A DNA stretch of 64,000 nt from an uncultured virus (IMG/VR IMGVR_UViG_3300030098_001091) (taxonomy: Duplodnaviria; Heunggongvirae; Uroviricota; Caudoviricetes). The DNA is taken from IMG/VR virus record IMGVR_UViG_3300030098_001091; one strand, 5' to 3'. Shown here piece after piece: positions 1-8,722 of this stretch. The notes under the pieces are model-generated. The model had not been told where the DNA came from and searched no databases. It was given only the letters and a program-made list of their open reading frames with translations. Made by a program: the position numbers and the translations under genes. Position 1 is the first letter of the stretch. Each line of letters starts with the position of its first letter.

Positions 1-1079
1 TCGTTAACAGTAATGGTTTTATTACTTGCTGCCCCGGTAGCTCCCTGAACAAGGTCTACTTTACCAGCAGATGGGTTGGTGGCTGTGATATCTAACGTTG
101 CCTGAGCATTAATCTTAGCAACTAAATCTGCTGCTGTTCCTGTGGCCCCACCACCTGCGGCAGCAATACCATTGACAGCAATATTACTACCTGTTACGCC
201 GTTATTTTCATTATCAATCTCAAAGACGAAGGCTGTTCCATCGGTATCCGTTAAGGTTATAGTAGATGTTTCGTTAGGTTTATCTGAGAATGTAAAGGTT
301 GCACTAGCAGCCGTAGCTGATTTACTAATATTAGTATTACCAGCTGGACCGGGAGTACCTTGGAGGATTGTAATCTTACCCGCATCAGCTGTAGAGTCAG
401 TCTCTGAAACTACGTTAGGGAATACAAGGAGCAAGTTACCGTTGGTGGAATCACCGTGACCATTGTCTGAGGTAATCGCAGCAGCAAGGTTGGCAGAAGC
501 ATCCTCTTTCTTGTCAGCATCAGACGCAGCTGTGGCATCCCATTGTGCAAACAGAATATCAGATCCATCTAAACTACCATTAGTAGTGCCAACAGCCGCC
601 GCCTTATATCTCTTTGACACAAGACTTCCGGCAGGATCAGAAGCAATAAGGGTAATGGTTTGATCAAGCTCAGCACCTTCACTAAACTCAAACGTAGCAG
701 AAGCAACTTCACCAGTAGTATCTCGCGAGAAAGTTCTTACGGTACCATCAAGAGAAGAAGTAATTGTAATTGTAGGAGTAGTAGTCTGGGCAGATTCCAG
801 AGTAGTCTTAGAGGTAGTTAGCGAGAAGCTACTAGTGGCAGAAACACCGGCTGTCCCGCTACCCGAAAAGGCAGTCTGAACATCCACACCCGCAAGAACA
901 GAAACACCACCAGTTGTAGATGTACCCTTAATACCCAAGGTAGTTGAGTTTATACTATTGGTAACAATCTTATTTGTCTTCGACGCTAATGCTGTCGAGG
1001 GGGCTGACTCATAAATAGTTTGTCCTTGAACCGTAGTCTTTGTGACCGAAGCTCTTTGTGAATCTGTTGTAATTGCCAT
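1..1079 (-). CDS. Ser/Thr/Ala/Gly-rich virion structural protein with repeated beta-rich domains (3' end runs off the window)
   Basis: ATG at 1079 directly after the portal stop; the frame stays open to position 1 (MAITTDSQRASVTKTT...ASATFEF...LAAAITSDNGHG...ASATFTFSDKP...LVAKINAQ). It is missing from the ORF track because it has no stop inside the window. Confidence 0.7.
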   Translation of the reverse strand, partial: MAITTDSQRASVTKTTVQGQTIYESAPSTALASKTNKIVTNSINSTTLGIKGTSTTGGVSVLAGVDVQTAFSGSGTAGVSATSSFSLTTSKTTLESAQTTTPTITITSSLDGTVRTFSRDTTGEVASATFEFSEGAELDQTITLIASDPAGSLVSKRYKAAAVGTTNGSLDGSDILFAQWDATAASDADKKEDASANLAAAITSDNGHGDSTNGNLLLVFPNVVSETDSTADAGKITILQGTPGPAGNTNISKSATAASATFTFSDKPNETSTITLTDTDGTAFVFEIDNENNGVTGSNIAVNGIAAAGGGATGTAADLVAKINAQATLDITATNPSAGKVDLVQGATGAASNKTITVN

Positions 1080-1082
1080 TTA

Positions 1083-2669
1083 CTATACTCCTTGCATCTG
1101 CTGCATTACTTGCTGAATTCCAGCCCCGTCGTTCTGCTCTAAGTCCTGCTGAGCAGCTTGGGCCATAACTTGTTGTGCCATTTGACCGGCAGCTACCTCT
1201 TGTTGTTGTGCACTTTGAATCTGGCCTTGGGCCTGTGCCAGCTTAAGTTGTTCTTCTCTGACCTGTTCTTCATTCTTCACCCACAAATCAGAATTAAACC
1301 CAAGGGCGGTAATCAAAGCCTTACCATACTCATCCCACCGGAACATAGCAGCGGCGGGTTCTGGTAGGTTGCGTACCATCTCACCCATTTGCATAAGCTT
1401 CTGAAGATCAGAGTCTCTACTGAGAGCCTGAAGACCTGTGACGATCTCGACATTCAGGAGTCCTTCTTCTTTACTAAACATTTCAGACAATCTTTGATCT
1501 ACCTCACTATCAGAAATCATAAGGAACACTGTTCTTGAAACAATTGGCTTCATAAGATCACGAGCAATAGCAGAGAAAGCCCCACCTAATACATGCTCAA
1601 GCTCCTGTCCAATCATTCTGACAGCAGTAGCCGTAACTCTTTCGCCTTGAGGAATACTAGCACTGTCAAGCAGGAAGGCCCGACCAAGTTCTTGTCGTAA
1701 AATATTAACACCTGATTGAGTAGAAGAAATCTGTGGATTCATGGTTGTAGCGGGAGATACGACATGAACCTCGTTAGGTCTAGCACCAATCCAACCACCA
1801 GTTGGGGTACCATTGATGTCATCTACCTCTGCCATACCTGTAGGATCTACGGCCATCCAGAATACAGATGACGCTGTGATTCCGTTAATCAAGCCCTCAG
1901 TAAATCCTTCAAGAGTTTTAATATCGCCAATCAAATCTTCACAGTGACTACGGCCATAGTTTTCACCGGGAATCCCAGACCACCTAAGGATTACAAAGTT
2001 AGGTACAGTATACTCTCCAGAGTTAACAACGTTACCTTCAATATCTTCAGTCTTAGATTCCCACACATTACCGTACTTACACAGCTTAGTGTATAATGGC
2101 TTATACCCACTTCGACTATCCATGTCTAATGAAGAAGCATACAGCTCGTTACTATCAGCCTCTTCATCTAGAGTCTCATACTCTTTGTAAATCACTTCCT
2201 CAACATCGCCATACACACTACGGCGAACAACAAACCTATCAATTCGGATAATACGGAAATTCATATCGTCTTCCATAATAACCATAACATCCCCAACAAC
2301 AATAAGGTGTTGTAATAATTGGTAGATAGTTTCTCTTAGGTTTCCACTGCTTAGTTTATTATAGACCTGATAACTGAGGTTGTTTAAATAAGCATCAACT
2401 TGAGGTTCTGCTTGCATACCAGAGGATAGCTCAAACTTAAAGAAAGGAGAATCGTTTAGTGGTAATAGTGCACTAAGCATTCTACTTGCCATTGCGGTAA
2501 CACCTCTAGCAGCAGTAGAACTATAAGGCTGAGGAAGCTGAGCCTGTTCAGTCCACCCCTCAGGAGGAAGAAGAGAGGGTACCGTCAAGCTTGAGCAATA
2601 CCTTGCTCGTTCTAGCTTACTAGTTCTAAGAGCATCTAGTGCTCTAAATCTATCTGCTAAAGTAGTCAT
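1083..2669 (-). CDS. Portal / head-tail connector (T7 gp8-like)
   Basis: 528 aa. Motifs LPQPYSSTAARGVTAMASRMLSALLP, RWSGIPGENYGRSHCED and ERVTATAVRMIGQELEHVLGG are typical of T7-like portals. Confidence 0.93.
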   Translation of the reverse strand: MTTLADRFRALDALRTSKLERARYCSSLTVPSLLPPEGWTEQAQLPQPYSSTAARGVTAMASRMLSALLPLNDSPFFKFELSSGMQAEPQVDAYLNNLSYQVYNKLSSGNLRETIYQLLQHLIVVGDVMVIMEDDMNFRIIRIDRFVVRRSVYGDVEEVIYKEYETLDEEADSNELYASSLDMDSRSGYKPLYTKLCKYGNVWESKTEDIEGNVVNSGEYTVPNFVILRWSGIPGENYGRSHCEDLIGDIKTLEGFTEGLINGITASSVFWMAVDPTGMAEVDDINGTPTGGWIGARPNEVHVVSPATTMNPQISSTQSGVNILRQELGRAFLLDSASIPQGERVTATAVRMIGQELEHVLGGAFSAIARDLMKPIVSRTVFLMISDSEVDQRLSEMFSKEEGLLNVEIVTGLQALSRDSDLQKLMQMGEMVRNLPEPAAAMFRWDEYGKALITALGFNSDLWVKNEEQVREEQLKLAQAQGQIQSAQQQEVAAGQMAQQVMAQAAQQDLEQNDGAGIQQVMQQMQGV

Positions 2670-2675
2670 TGTTTA

Positions 2676-3053
2676 TTACTCCGGTCTTGGTGTCTCTGTG
2701 TTTGTGCCTTGTTCTTGACCAGCACCTAAGGCTCCCCACATCTCAGTACGCCTACGATCTCTGTCTTGAGCAGCGGCATCAGCTTCAGATGGGGCATACC
2801 CAGCAGCCTGTCTTTCAAGCTTTTCGATATCCTTAACACGCTCAGCCTCTTGAACCTTACTAAGCTTTTCCATTTCTTTTTGTTGTGCTTGTCTTTGTCT
2901 TTCCATTTCCATCTGGAATTCACGAGCCCTTGCGTCTCGCTCTTGGGCAAGCATATCTTCCTTCTCTAATAATCCAGCTCTATCGTCAGCGGACAAACCG
3001 GCAGGAATATCAGGACCACCTCCGAAGAAAAGAGGATGTGTTCTGTAACTCAT
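2676..3053 (-). CDS. Hypothetical virion-associated protein (position of T7 gp7.3-like genes)
   Basis: 125 aa, coiled-coil, immediately upstream of the portal; assigned from synteny only. Confidence 0.55.
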   Translation of the reverse strand: MSYRTHPLFFGGGPDIPAGLSADDRAGLLEKEDMLAQERDARAREFQMEMERQRQAQQKEMEKLSKVQEAERVKDIEKLERQAAGYAPSEADAAAQDRDRRRTEMWGALGAGQEQGTNTETPRPE

Positions 3054-3664
3054 TAGATGGGCCTCCTTGGTGGGGTATCTCTAGTAGTTGAACCAACGCC
3101 ACGATCTGGCGCATCCATTGCTGGGATTGTTGGCATGGCTCTTGCTTTTCTAGCAATTGTTTGCATTGCTTCTTTGTTGTATCCAATATCCCCCTGCCCC
3201 TTCTCTTGTGCAGCTTTAGCAATCTCGGCTTCTTTCTCAGCCATAGCCTTTCGATGCTCAATATCGCCCTGTAGTTTTTGTCTACGGAATTTTGCTTTTG
3301 ATTGTCTTATCCACTTGTCATGTGAACCTTTTAATTCAGCCATTCTTTTCTCGGCATTCATTCTGTCAATAGCACTTGCTGAGTTGAGTTGGGTTTGTAG
3401 TTTTGCAAACTCCGCCTGCTGCGCAGCAAGTTGTGCCATATACTCTGCTTCTAGATCCTCATTGTAATCAGGATCTAATTCATCAATACCCGTTACACTG
3501 GAAGTAAAAGCCATTGTTTCATGGTATGCGGTACCAACAACATCACCAGTAAAGTCAATTACTTCCTGCGTGGCATCACCAACCCAATCAGCGACTTCTT
3601 CAGCAACACCAATTACTGCGTCAACCGTATCTTCTACCCAACTTAGTGGATTTGGCGAACTCAT
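3053..3664 (-). CDS. Hypothetical protein (coiled-coil, probably virion-associated)
   Basis: AAGGAGG SD precedes ATG 3664 (MSSPNPLSW...); stop abuts the next gene. Confidence 0.6.
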   Translation of the reverse strand: MSSPNPLSWVEDTVDAVIGVAEEVADWVGDATQEVIDFTGDVVGTAYHETMAFTSSVTGIDELDPDYNEDLEAEYMAQLAAQQAEFAKLQTQLNSASAIDRMNAEKRMAELKGSHDKWIRQSKAKFRRQKLQGDIEHRKAMAEKEAEIAKAAQEKGQGDIGYNKEAMQTIARKARAMPTIPAMDAPDRGVGSTTRDTPPRRPI

Positions 3665-3665
3665 G

Positions 3666-3857
3666 TCAGCCTCCTTTCCTTTGCATTTCAATCACTTTTT
3701 CTATGGCTGTAATAGCCTCTTCGTGACCATAATGAATCGCAAGGAGGCGGACTAGTTCTTCAGTTGTTGCCTTTGGATCGTACCTTGGATTTGGAAACTT
3801 TTCCTTTAGGTACTGAACCAGTTCCTTGTCCACTCTTGGTAGCTGTTTCCAATCCAT
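3666..3857 (-). CDS. Small hypothetical protein
   Basis: AAGGAG SD before ATG 3857 (MDWKQLPRVDKELVQYLKEKFP...); tightly packed. Confidence 0.55.
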   Translation of the reverse strand: MDWKQLPRVDKELVQYLKEKFPNPRYDPKATTEELVRLLAIHYGHEEAITAIEKVIEMQRKGG

Positions 3858-3981
3858 CGAGTCTCTCCTTAAGGCTTTCAACCTGAACTAAAATTTCTTT
3901 TAAACACAAGACAACCTCAGCGGGCATAACCTGCCCACCCATCTGAACCTTGCGTTTAATAGTTTCAAAATTATGTTGCAT
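3760..3981 (-). CDS. Small hypothetical protein
   Basis: GGAG SD before ATG 3981 (MQHNFETIKRK...), overlapping the RNR stop. Confidence 0.45.
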   Translation of the reverse strand: MQHNFETIKRKVQMGGQVMPAEVVLCLKEILVQVESLKERLDGLETATKSGQGTGSVPKGKVSKSKVRSKGNN

Positions 3982-5884
3982 ACGTATTCTCCGTAATGTC
4001 GACAACTTCACAAGCCCCGCCATGGCAGGCAAGCTCTTGTGAACCTGTTGTCATATCGTCTGTCTCATAGCGAGTAAGCCCTAACCAGTTGATCTCTTCG
4101 GGCATCTGTTCCATGAGCTTATCATACTCTGTTTTACTAATCGATTCAAACGGAGCCTGATCGTAGACATTGTTATCGTAAGGAAGGAAAGATATCCCAC
4201 TTACATAATCCCAATTAGACCACACCCACTGACCTACGTCAAGGAAGTTATCGTCTGTATAGGATACAGTAATGCTTGGCTTATGATCACACCAAGTCTT
4301 TTGATACTCAAGCCAAAGATTCAGGTGGCTGATTGGATCTGTTTCTTTCTGTACCACAGCTCCGGCAGGAGATGCAATAGGAAAGCTAAAGATCATGGTC
4401 TTATCTGGGCTTGCCACGCAAGGTTCGTGAGGAATATTATTATCAATCATGAACTGACAGATAGGATCCTTCACATCAATACGAGCACGACGAATGTAGT
4501 GCATAGCATAACGAGGATGCATACCAGAAGACGTGCCAGCCACACAAGAGGTGGTTCCACTTGGCTTACAGCATGTAATTGCCTTGCTTGGATTAATACC
4601 AAGGCGATCTGACCAAATCAGGTTAGTTTCCTGAGCAACTTCACGAAGCTTTTGCAAGGTCCATCGAAGCTTTGGCATACCTTCCTGACCAGACATCAGG
4701 CGATTGTCGTAGATGCCTGTAAAAGATACACCAAGAAGCCTTTCATCCTCGCAGTTATTCTTCCAATCATCATCAAGATATTTAAATCTAGTACACGCAG
4801 ACTGGATTGTACCAAGGATGGTGGCATAAGAAACCTTAGCCTTAAGAGAATCCAAGTCATCATTCGCCCTAACAACAACCTCAGTTAGATTACAGAACTG
4901 CTTGGGCCGTAAGATAATCTCAGAGCAGGGGTTTGTTCCAAACTCAATTCCCTCTACTTCTCTTCCTGATCTCTCTGCCAACATGCTAAGACACTCACGA
5001 TTACAGATACCACGTTCTCCAGATCGAGAGTTGTACATTGCCGACCACTCGTCAAGGAACTGACTAAGCGAAGGTTTCGAGTCGTAGACTGCTGAGTTGT
5101 TGCTTAGCCTACGGTGTCCTGAGGATTCCCACCACGGACCAGACTTAGCGGTAGCCATGTCTCGGTCATGTAAATCACTAAGGGAGATTAGGGCTGAGCG
5201 GCGTACCGCACCGGCTATCACAATCTCACCAGTCATACATACAATATCATGAACCTCAATCGAAGAAAGCTTACGGCCCTTGGCCTTATCAAATACATTA
5301 ACAACATATCTGAACAGCTTCTCTAGCGGCTCTGGACCACTGGCTCTGCCACCAAATGTCTTTAGTCTAGCACCGGCGGGACGGATTAGACTTGTATCCC
5401 AAGTAGGATGAATCCCACTATAGAGATGACCAAGCAAGATCCTAAAGGAATCTGCCCAGCCCTCTCGGGAATCCGGAACGGTAATGACCTCATCGTGATC
5501 ACGTTTAATGTCCTCGGGAATAGTCGGAAGGCCGTCAACCACATGAGATTCACATGAGAAGCCGACTCCGGTTCCGCAGCACAGTACGTACATCACGTCT
5601 GAGAATGACCGAATTGAGGTGATGGGGATATATGAACAGTTGTACATACACACATCATCAACATCAGCAGCAGGGCCAGCAGTCATCAAAGCACGCATAG
5701 AGGGAAAGACTTCACGATCTAACGTGGCTTCACGTAAGTCCGCAAGCTCTCCTCGGAGACTGAAACGGGATTCCATGTAATCATAGTACCGATCCACGCA
5801 TTCTTCCCAAGTTTCTCGTCTATTTTTTTCTTCATTCCATCGACAATACTTACTCTTTACAATGAATTCTTGAAAGTTGTCCAC
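3971..5884 (-). CDS. nrdJ: Class II (adenosylcobalamin-dependent) ribonucleotide reductase
   Basis: RRETWEECVDRY, YNCSY, GTGVGFS, VRRSALISLS, thiyl-radical motif GTNPCSEI, FCNLTEV, KPSGTTS and C-terminal CHGGAC. No class I small subunit is present. Confidence 0.92.
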   Translation of the reverse strand: MDNFQEFIVKSKYCRWNEEKNRRETWEECVDRYYDYMESRFSLRGELADLREATLDREVFPSMRALMTAGPAADVDDVCMYNCSYIPITSIRSFSDVMYVLCCGTGVGFSCESHVVDGLPTIPEDIKRDHDEVITVPDSREGWADSFRILLGHLYSGIHPTWDTSLIRPAGARLKTFGGRASGPEPLEKLFRYVVNVFDKAKGRKLSSIEVHDIVCMTGEIVIAGAVRRSALISLSDLHDRDMATAKSGPWWESSGHRRLSNNSAVYDSKPSLSQFLDEWSAMYNSRSGERGICNRECLSMLAERSGREVEGIEFGTNPCSEIILRPKQFCNLTEVVVRANDDLDSLKAKVSYATILGTIQSACTRFKYLDDDWKNNCEDERLLGVSFTGIYDNRLMSGQEGMPKLRWTLQKLREVAQETNLIWSDRLGINPSKAITCCKPSGTTSCVAGTSSGMHPRYAMHYIRRARIDVKDPICQFMIDNNIPHEPCVASPDKTMIFSFPIASPAGAVVQKETDPISHLNLWLEYQKTWCDHKPSITVSYTDDNFLDVGQWVWSNWDYVSGISFLPYDNNVYDQAPFESISKTEYDKLMEQMPEEINWLGLTRYETDDMTTGSQELACHGGACEVVDITENTYAT

Positions 5885-5905
5885 GAAAGTTTCTCCTATT
5901 AGTCT

Positions 5906-6655
5906 TTATACTCCACCTATAGGTTCCCATAGATGGATTTCACCAGTCTCAATATCATAACTACCCTTAGATAATATTCTTACGCACCTAGCCATTGCTA
6001 GAGCCAGCTCATGATCGTCTAAATCACACGTATCACGAGGTCGGTACTTATCCATACAGTATAACTCAAAGATGTGGGCGTGTCTATCCCCATCCCCCCA
6101 CTTTTTGAGAAAAGATTTAGCCCTCTTTGGACCAATCCTCCACAAGCCGGGGATGCAGTCGGTATTATCGCCCGACATCCATTGGATACAGAAGAACTCT
6201 TCAGCTTCTTCTTTGTCCACATACACGGGGTAGTCTTCTTTAAAAGGATTATAATGCCACCCTTCCACACCCCTCAGATCCTTATCAATAGTGACAGCGA
6301 TCTGGTCTTGGGCATTCATTCCCATAATATCATCAGCCTCAAGTCTGGGATAGGATACACAGTCATACACCTCTTGGATATAATCTCGAACCTCCATCAA
6401 AAACTCAGGCTCAGGTTTAGTTTCTCTGTTCTTCTTATAGTTTGGCCAGATCTCCCTTCGGAAATTCTCCTTTCGACTACAAGACAGAGCCATCACAAAC
6501 TCGTCGGCATCAGCAGGAAGCCACATCTCTAACATCTCCTCAATAATATAAGGAATAAATGCGGGATCCCCTGTCTCGGCTTGCAAGGCACTGCGGTATG
6601 CAATGATGTCCGCATCTAGAACAGCTTTAGTCGGAACAGAAATAATCTCGGTCAT
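5906..6655 (-). CDS. 5'-3' exonuclease (T7 gp6-like)
   Basis: LDADIIAY, NFRREIWPNYKKNR, LEADDIMG, IDKDL, GDNTDCIPGLWRIGPKRA. Confidence 0.9.
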   Translation of the reverse strand: MTEIISVPTKAVLDADIIAYRSALQAETGDPAFIPYIIEEMLEMWLPADADEFVMALSCSRKENFRREIWPNYKKNRETKPEPEFLMEVRDYIQEVYDCVSYPRLEADDIMGMNAQDQIAVTIDKDLRGVEGWHYNPFKEDYPVYVDKEEAEEFFCIQWMSGDNTDCIPGLWRIGPKRAKSFLKKWGDGDRHAHIFELYCMDKYRPRDTCDLDDHELALAMARCVRILSKGSYDIETGEIHLWEPIGGV

Positions 6656-7346
6656 CGTCTTCCTCTTCCTCTATCTTACCAAACTCATCTAAAAACAAAT
6701 CAACCAGCTCACTGATTACTATACCCATCTCCTCGTTGTTGTAGTTTGGAGAAGCCTGTATCCCTGTCCAGATAGGAGCCATAGAAGAAACCTTTTCGCT
6801 AAGGTCTTCCTCATCTCCATCATTATTAATAACATAATCGAACAAAGACAACAGTTCATCATTACCATTCTCAATAGAAGAGGCCATATGTTCTGAGTGG
6901 TGCTGTCTCCAATCTCCATCCATATCTTCAATCTTCCTATTGCCGGGGCTTACAAAGATTGTACACGCCCTGTGCTTCTTAGCAATAGAGATTTCATTAT
7001 CATACCGACAATCGTCAGCGATAACAACCCTCTGCCAATAAGCTTTGCCATCTTTTAGATCCTTAAGTTCTTCTTCATAGATTTCAATAAGGCGATCTTC
7101 AAAGGCACGGACCCAATAGTCCGGATCCTCTTCTCTCTTTAAGGCACCATGAACCTGACAAAACTCTCTGTATTCACCGGGAGTTTCTTCTTTTGTGTAA
7201 CCACGACTCCTAGCTTCGTCCTTAAGAGGCCCAGCAAAGGGGAGGATGATAGGTTTAAACCCTAATTCAAATGCTTCTTTAGCTAAGAGTTGGGCAAGAA
7301 CTGTCTTCCCGACTCTTGCTACGCCAGAAATGATTATCAACTCCAT
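6627..7346 (-). CDS. Deoxynucleoside monophosphate kinase
   Basis: P-loop SGVARVGKT, FAGPLKD, DPDYWV, VVIADDCRYDNE, HHSE, VINNDG. Confidence 0.8.
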   Translation of the reverse strand: MELIIISGVARVGKTVLAQLLAKEAFELGFKPIILPFAGPLKDEARSRGYTKEETPGEYREFCQVHGALKREEDPDYWVRAFEDRLIEIYEEELKDLKDGKAYWQRVVIADDCRYDNEISIAKKHRACTIFVSPGNRKIEDMDGDWRQHHSEHMASSIENGNDELLSLFDYVINNDGDEEDLSEKVSSMAPIWTGIQASPNYNNEEMGIVISELVDLFLDEFGKIEEEEDDDRDYFCSD

Positions 7347-7857
7347 TTACTAGCTCCTTGTATAATAGGTGTGGTGCTACATGTAGATTGTTTTTGTATC
7401 CACACATTCTTAATATATAACTAATTGCCAATGAACAAGTCATTGGTACATAGGTCTTTGAAATACTTCTACCAATAATCCCCCAGAACATATACTCTAA
7501 AAACGATGATAACCTAAACTCAGGCCTATCAATAAACCAAGACATCTGAGAAAGGCTTACCGGGGCAGAACCAAGATCAACACATGTAGTCTTTGGCACA
7601 CTACTTCCCCTACTTAGTACCCATTCCCACCTACATCTCGGAACTAAAAACATTCCCCTCTTTGTGTTTATAGCTACTATATACTCCTCATCATCTTGTG
7701 TAAAAGATAAGTAGCAATGTCCTATGAGTTGACAAGATATGATTTGATATAGTCTTGTCCTGTGATCGGATTCCAAAAGTGTCTTCGTAACAAAGATTGC
7801 TTTGACTTTTGTTTCTTTAAACGCAGGAAGTAACGTATTCAATTTAGTTGTTTCCAT
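7279..7857 (-). CDS. Permuted papain-like (NlpC/P60 YiiX/YebB-type) protein
   Basis: His-before-Cys order: IGHCYLSF ... MTCSLAISYIL ... VAPHLLY. Confidence 0.5.
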   Translation of the reverse strand: METTKLNTLLPAFKETKVKAIFVTKTLLESDHRTRLYQIISCQLIGHCYLSFTQDDEEYIVAINTKRGMFLVPRCRWEWVLSRGSSVPKTTCVDLGSAPVSLSQMSWFIDRPEFRLSSFLEYMFWGIIGRSISKTYVPMTCSLAISYILRMCGYKNNLHVAPHLLYKELVNGVDNHFWRSKSREDSSCPTLS

Positions 7858-8372
7858 TTATATCCCTGCTTCTTTAACCACCTGTGTAGACCCTCCGGTG
7901 TAGTGACTTTCCATGATACTTTGATATCAGCTTGAGCCAGAACATCCTTAGTGTTGTCAACACAGTCACCACTAATATTTATTAGACCAAAAGTAAAAAG
8001 TTTTAAGTAGGATCTCCAAGGTTTCGGTGGCCTCTTCGGTGTTCTATACCTAAGAATATCTATTGGTTTATCTGTTAGTATTATGTATAGACCAGCAATT
8101 GATGGGTATTTATTACAGAAATCCAAAAGATTCCAGAAGGTAGCCTCTTTGTGTGCTGAGATATCAATCACTTTATCACCATAACTAAAACAAACATGAG
8201 CGAATTTAGATCTAGTGTAAGTTTTAGTAAACCAACAAAGCCATAGCTGATATAGAAACAGGGGATTTTTTATAATGAGTTTAAGTTTCCACTTAAGAGG
8301 CAAACCCCAGAATCCTTTCTTTAGGTACCTGCCTTCTGTAAAGAACACTAGTATAAAACCCTTTCGGTTCAT
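7839..8372 (-). CDS. Permuted papain-like (NlpC/P60 YiiX/YebB-type) protein
   Basis: TRSKFAHVCFSYGDKVIDIS ... GDCVDNTKDVL ... TTPEGLHRWL. Confidence 0.55.
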   Translation of the reverse strand: MNRKGFILVFFTEGRYLKKGFWGLPLKWKLKLIIKNPLFLYQLWLCWFTKTYTRSKFAHVCFSYGDKVIDISAHKEATFWNLLDFCNKYPSIAGLYIILTDKPIDILRYRTPKRPPKPWRSYLKLFTFGLINISGDCVDNTKDVLAQADIKVSWKVTTPEGLHRWLKKQGYKWKQLN

Positions 8373-8713
8373 TGATATAAGATTGTCATACCTAGCATAG
8401 TAGCTAGGCGGTGCTCAATCAAAGCTCCTTCTGACCGCTCCCAACCAAGCAACATAAACACAGCATCGCATTCAAACAACGCATCAACGTCTCTCTTCAT
8501 AGCCTTACGTAAACCATCTCTGGAAATAAGATCAGCGTCCGACATGCCCGACTCTTTATCAAGGCGGGCAGGATTGATTGGATCATAGATCCCAAGTTTC
8601 TTGAGAAACTTTTCTGCCTTGTTAAATTCCTTACGGTTAAAATCCTTAATCCCTCGCATGGGACCAGCAATATATACCTTTAATAAATCTGTTTCAGGTA
8701 TAAGCGTTGTCAT
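8369..8713 (-). CDS. DUF4406 / nucleoside 2-deoxyribosyltransferase-like protein
   Basis: KVYIAGPMRG, INPA, CDAVFMLLGWERSEGALIE. Confidence 0.8.
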   Translation of the reverse strand: MTTLIPETDLLKVYIAGPMRGIKDFNRKEFNKAEKFLKKLGIYDPINPARLDKESGMSDADLISRDGLRKAMKRDVDALFECDAVFMLLGWERSEGALIEHRLATMLGMTILYQ

Positions 8714-8722
8714 AGTTTTCTC

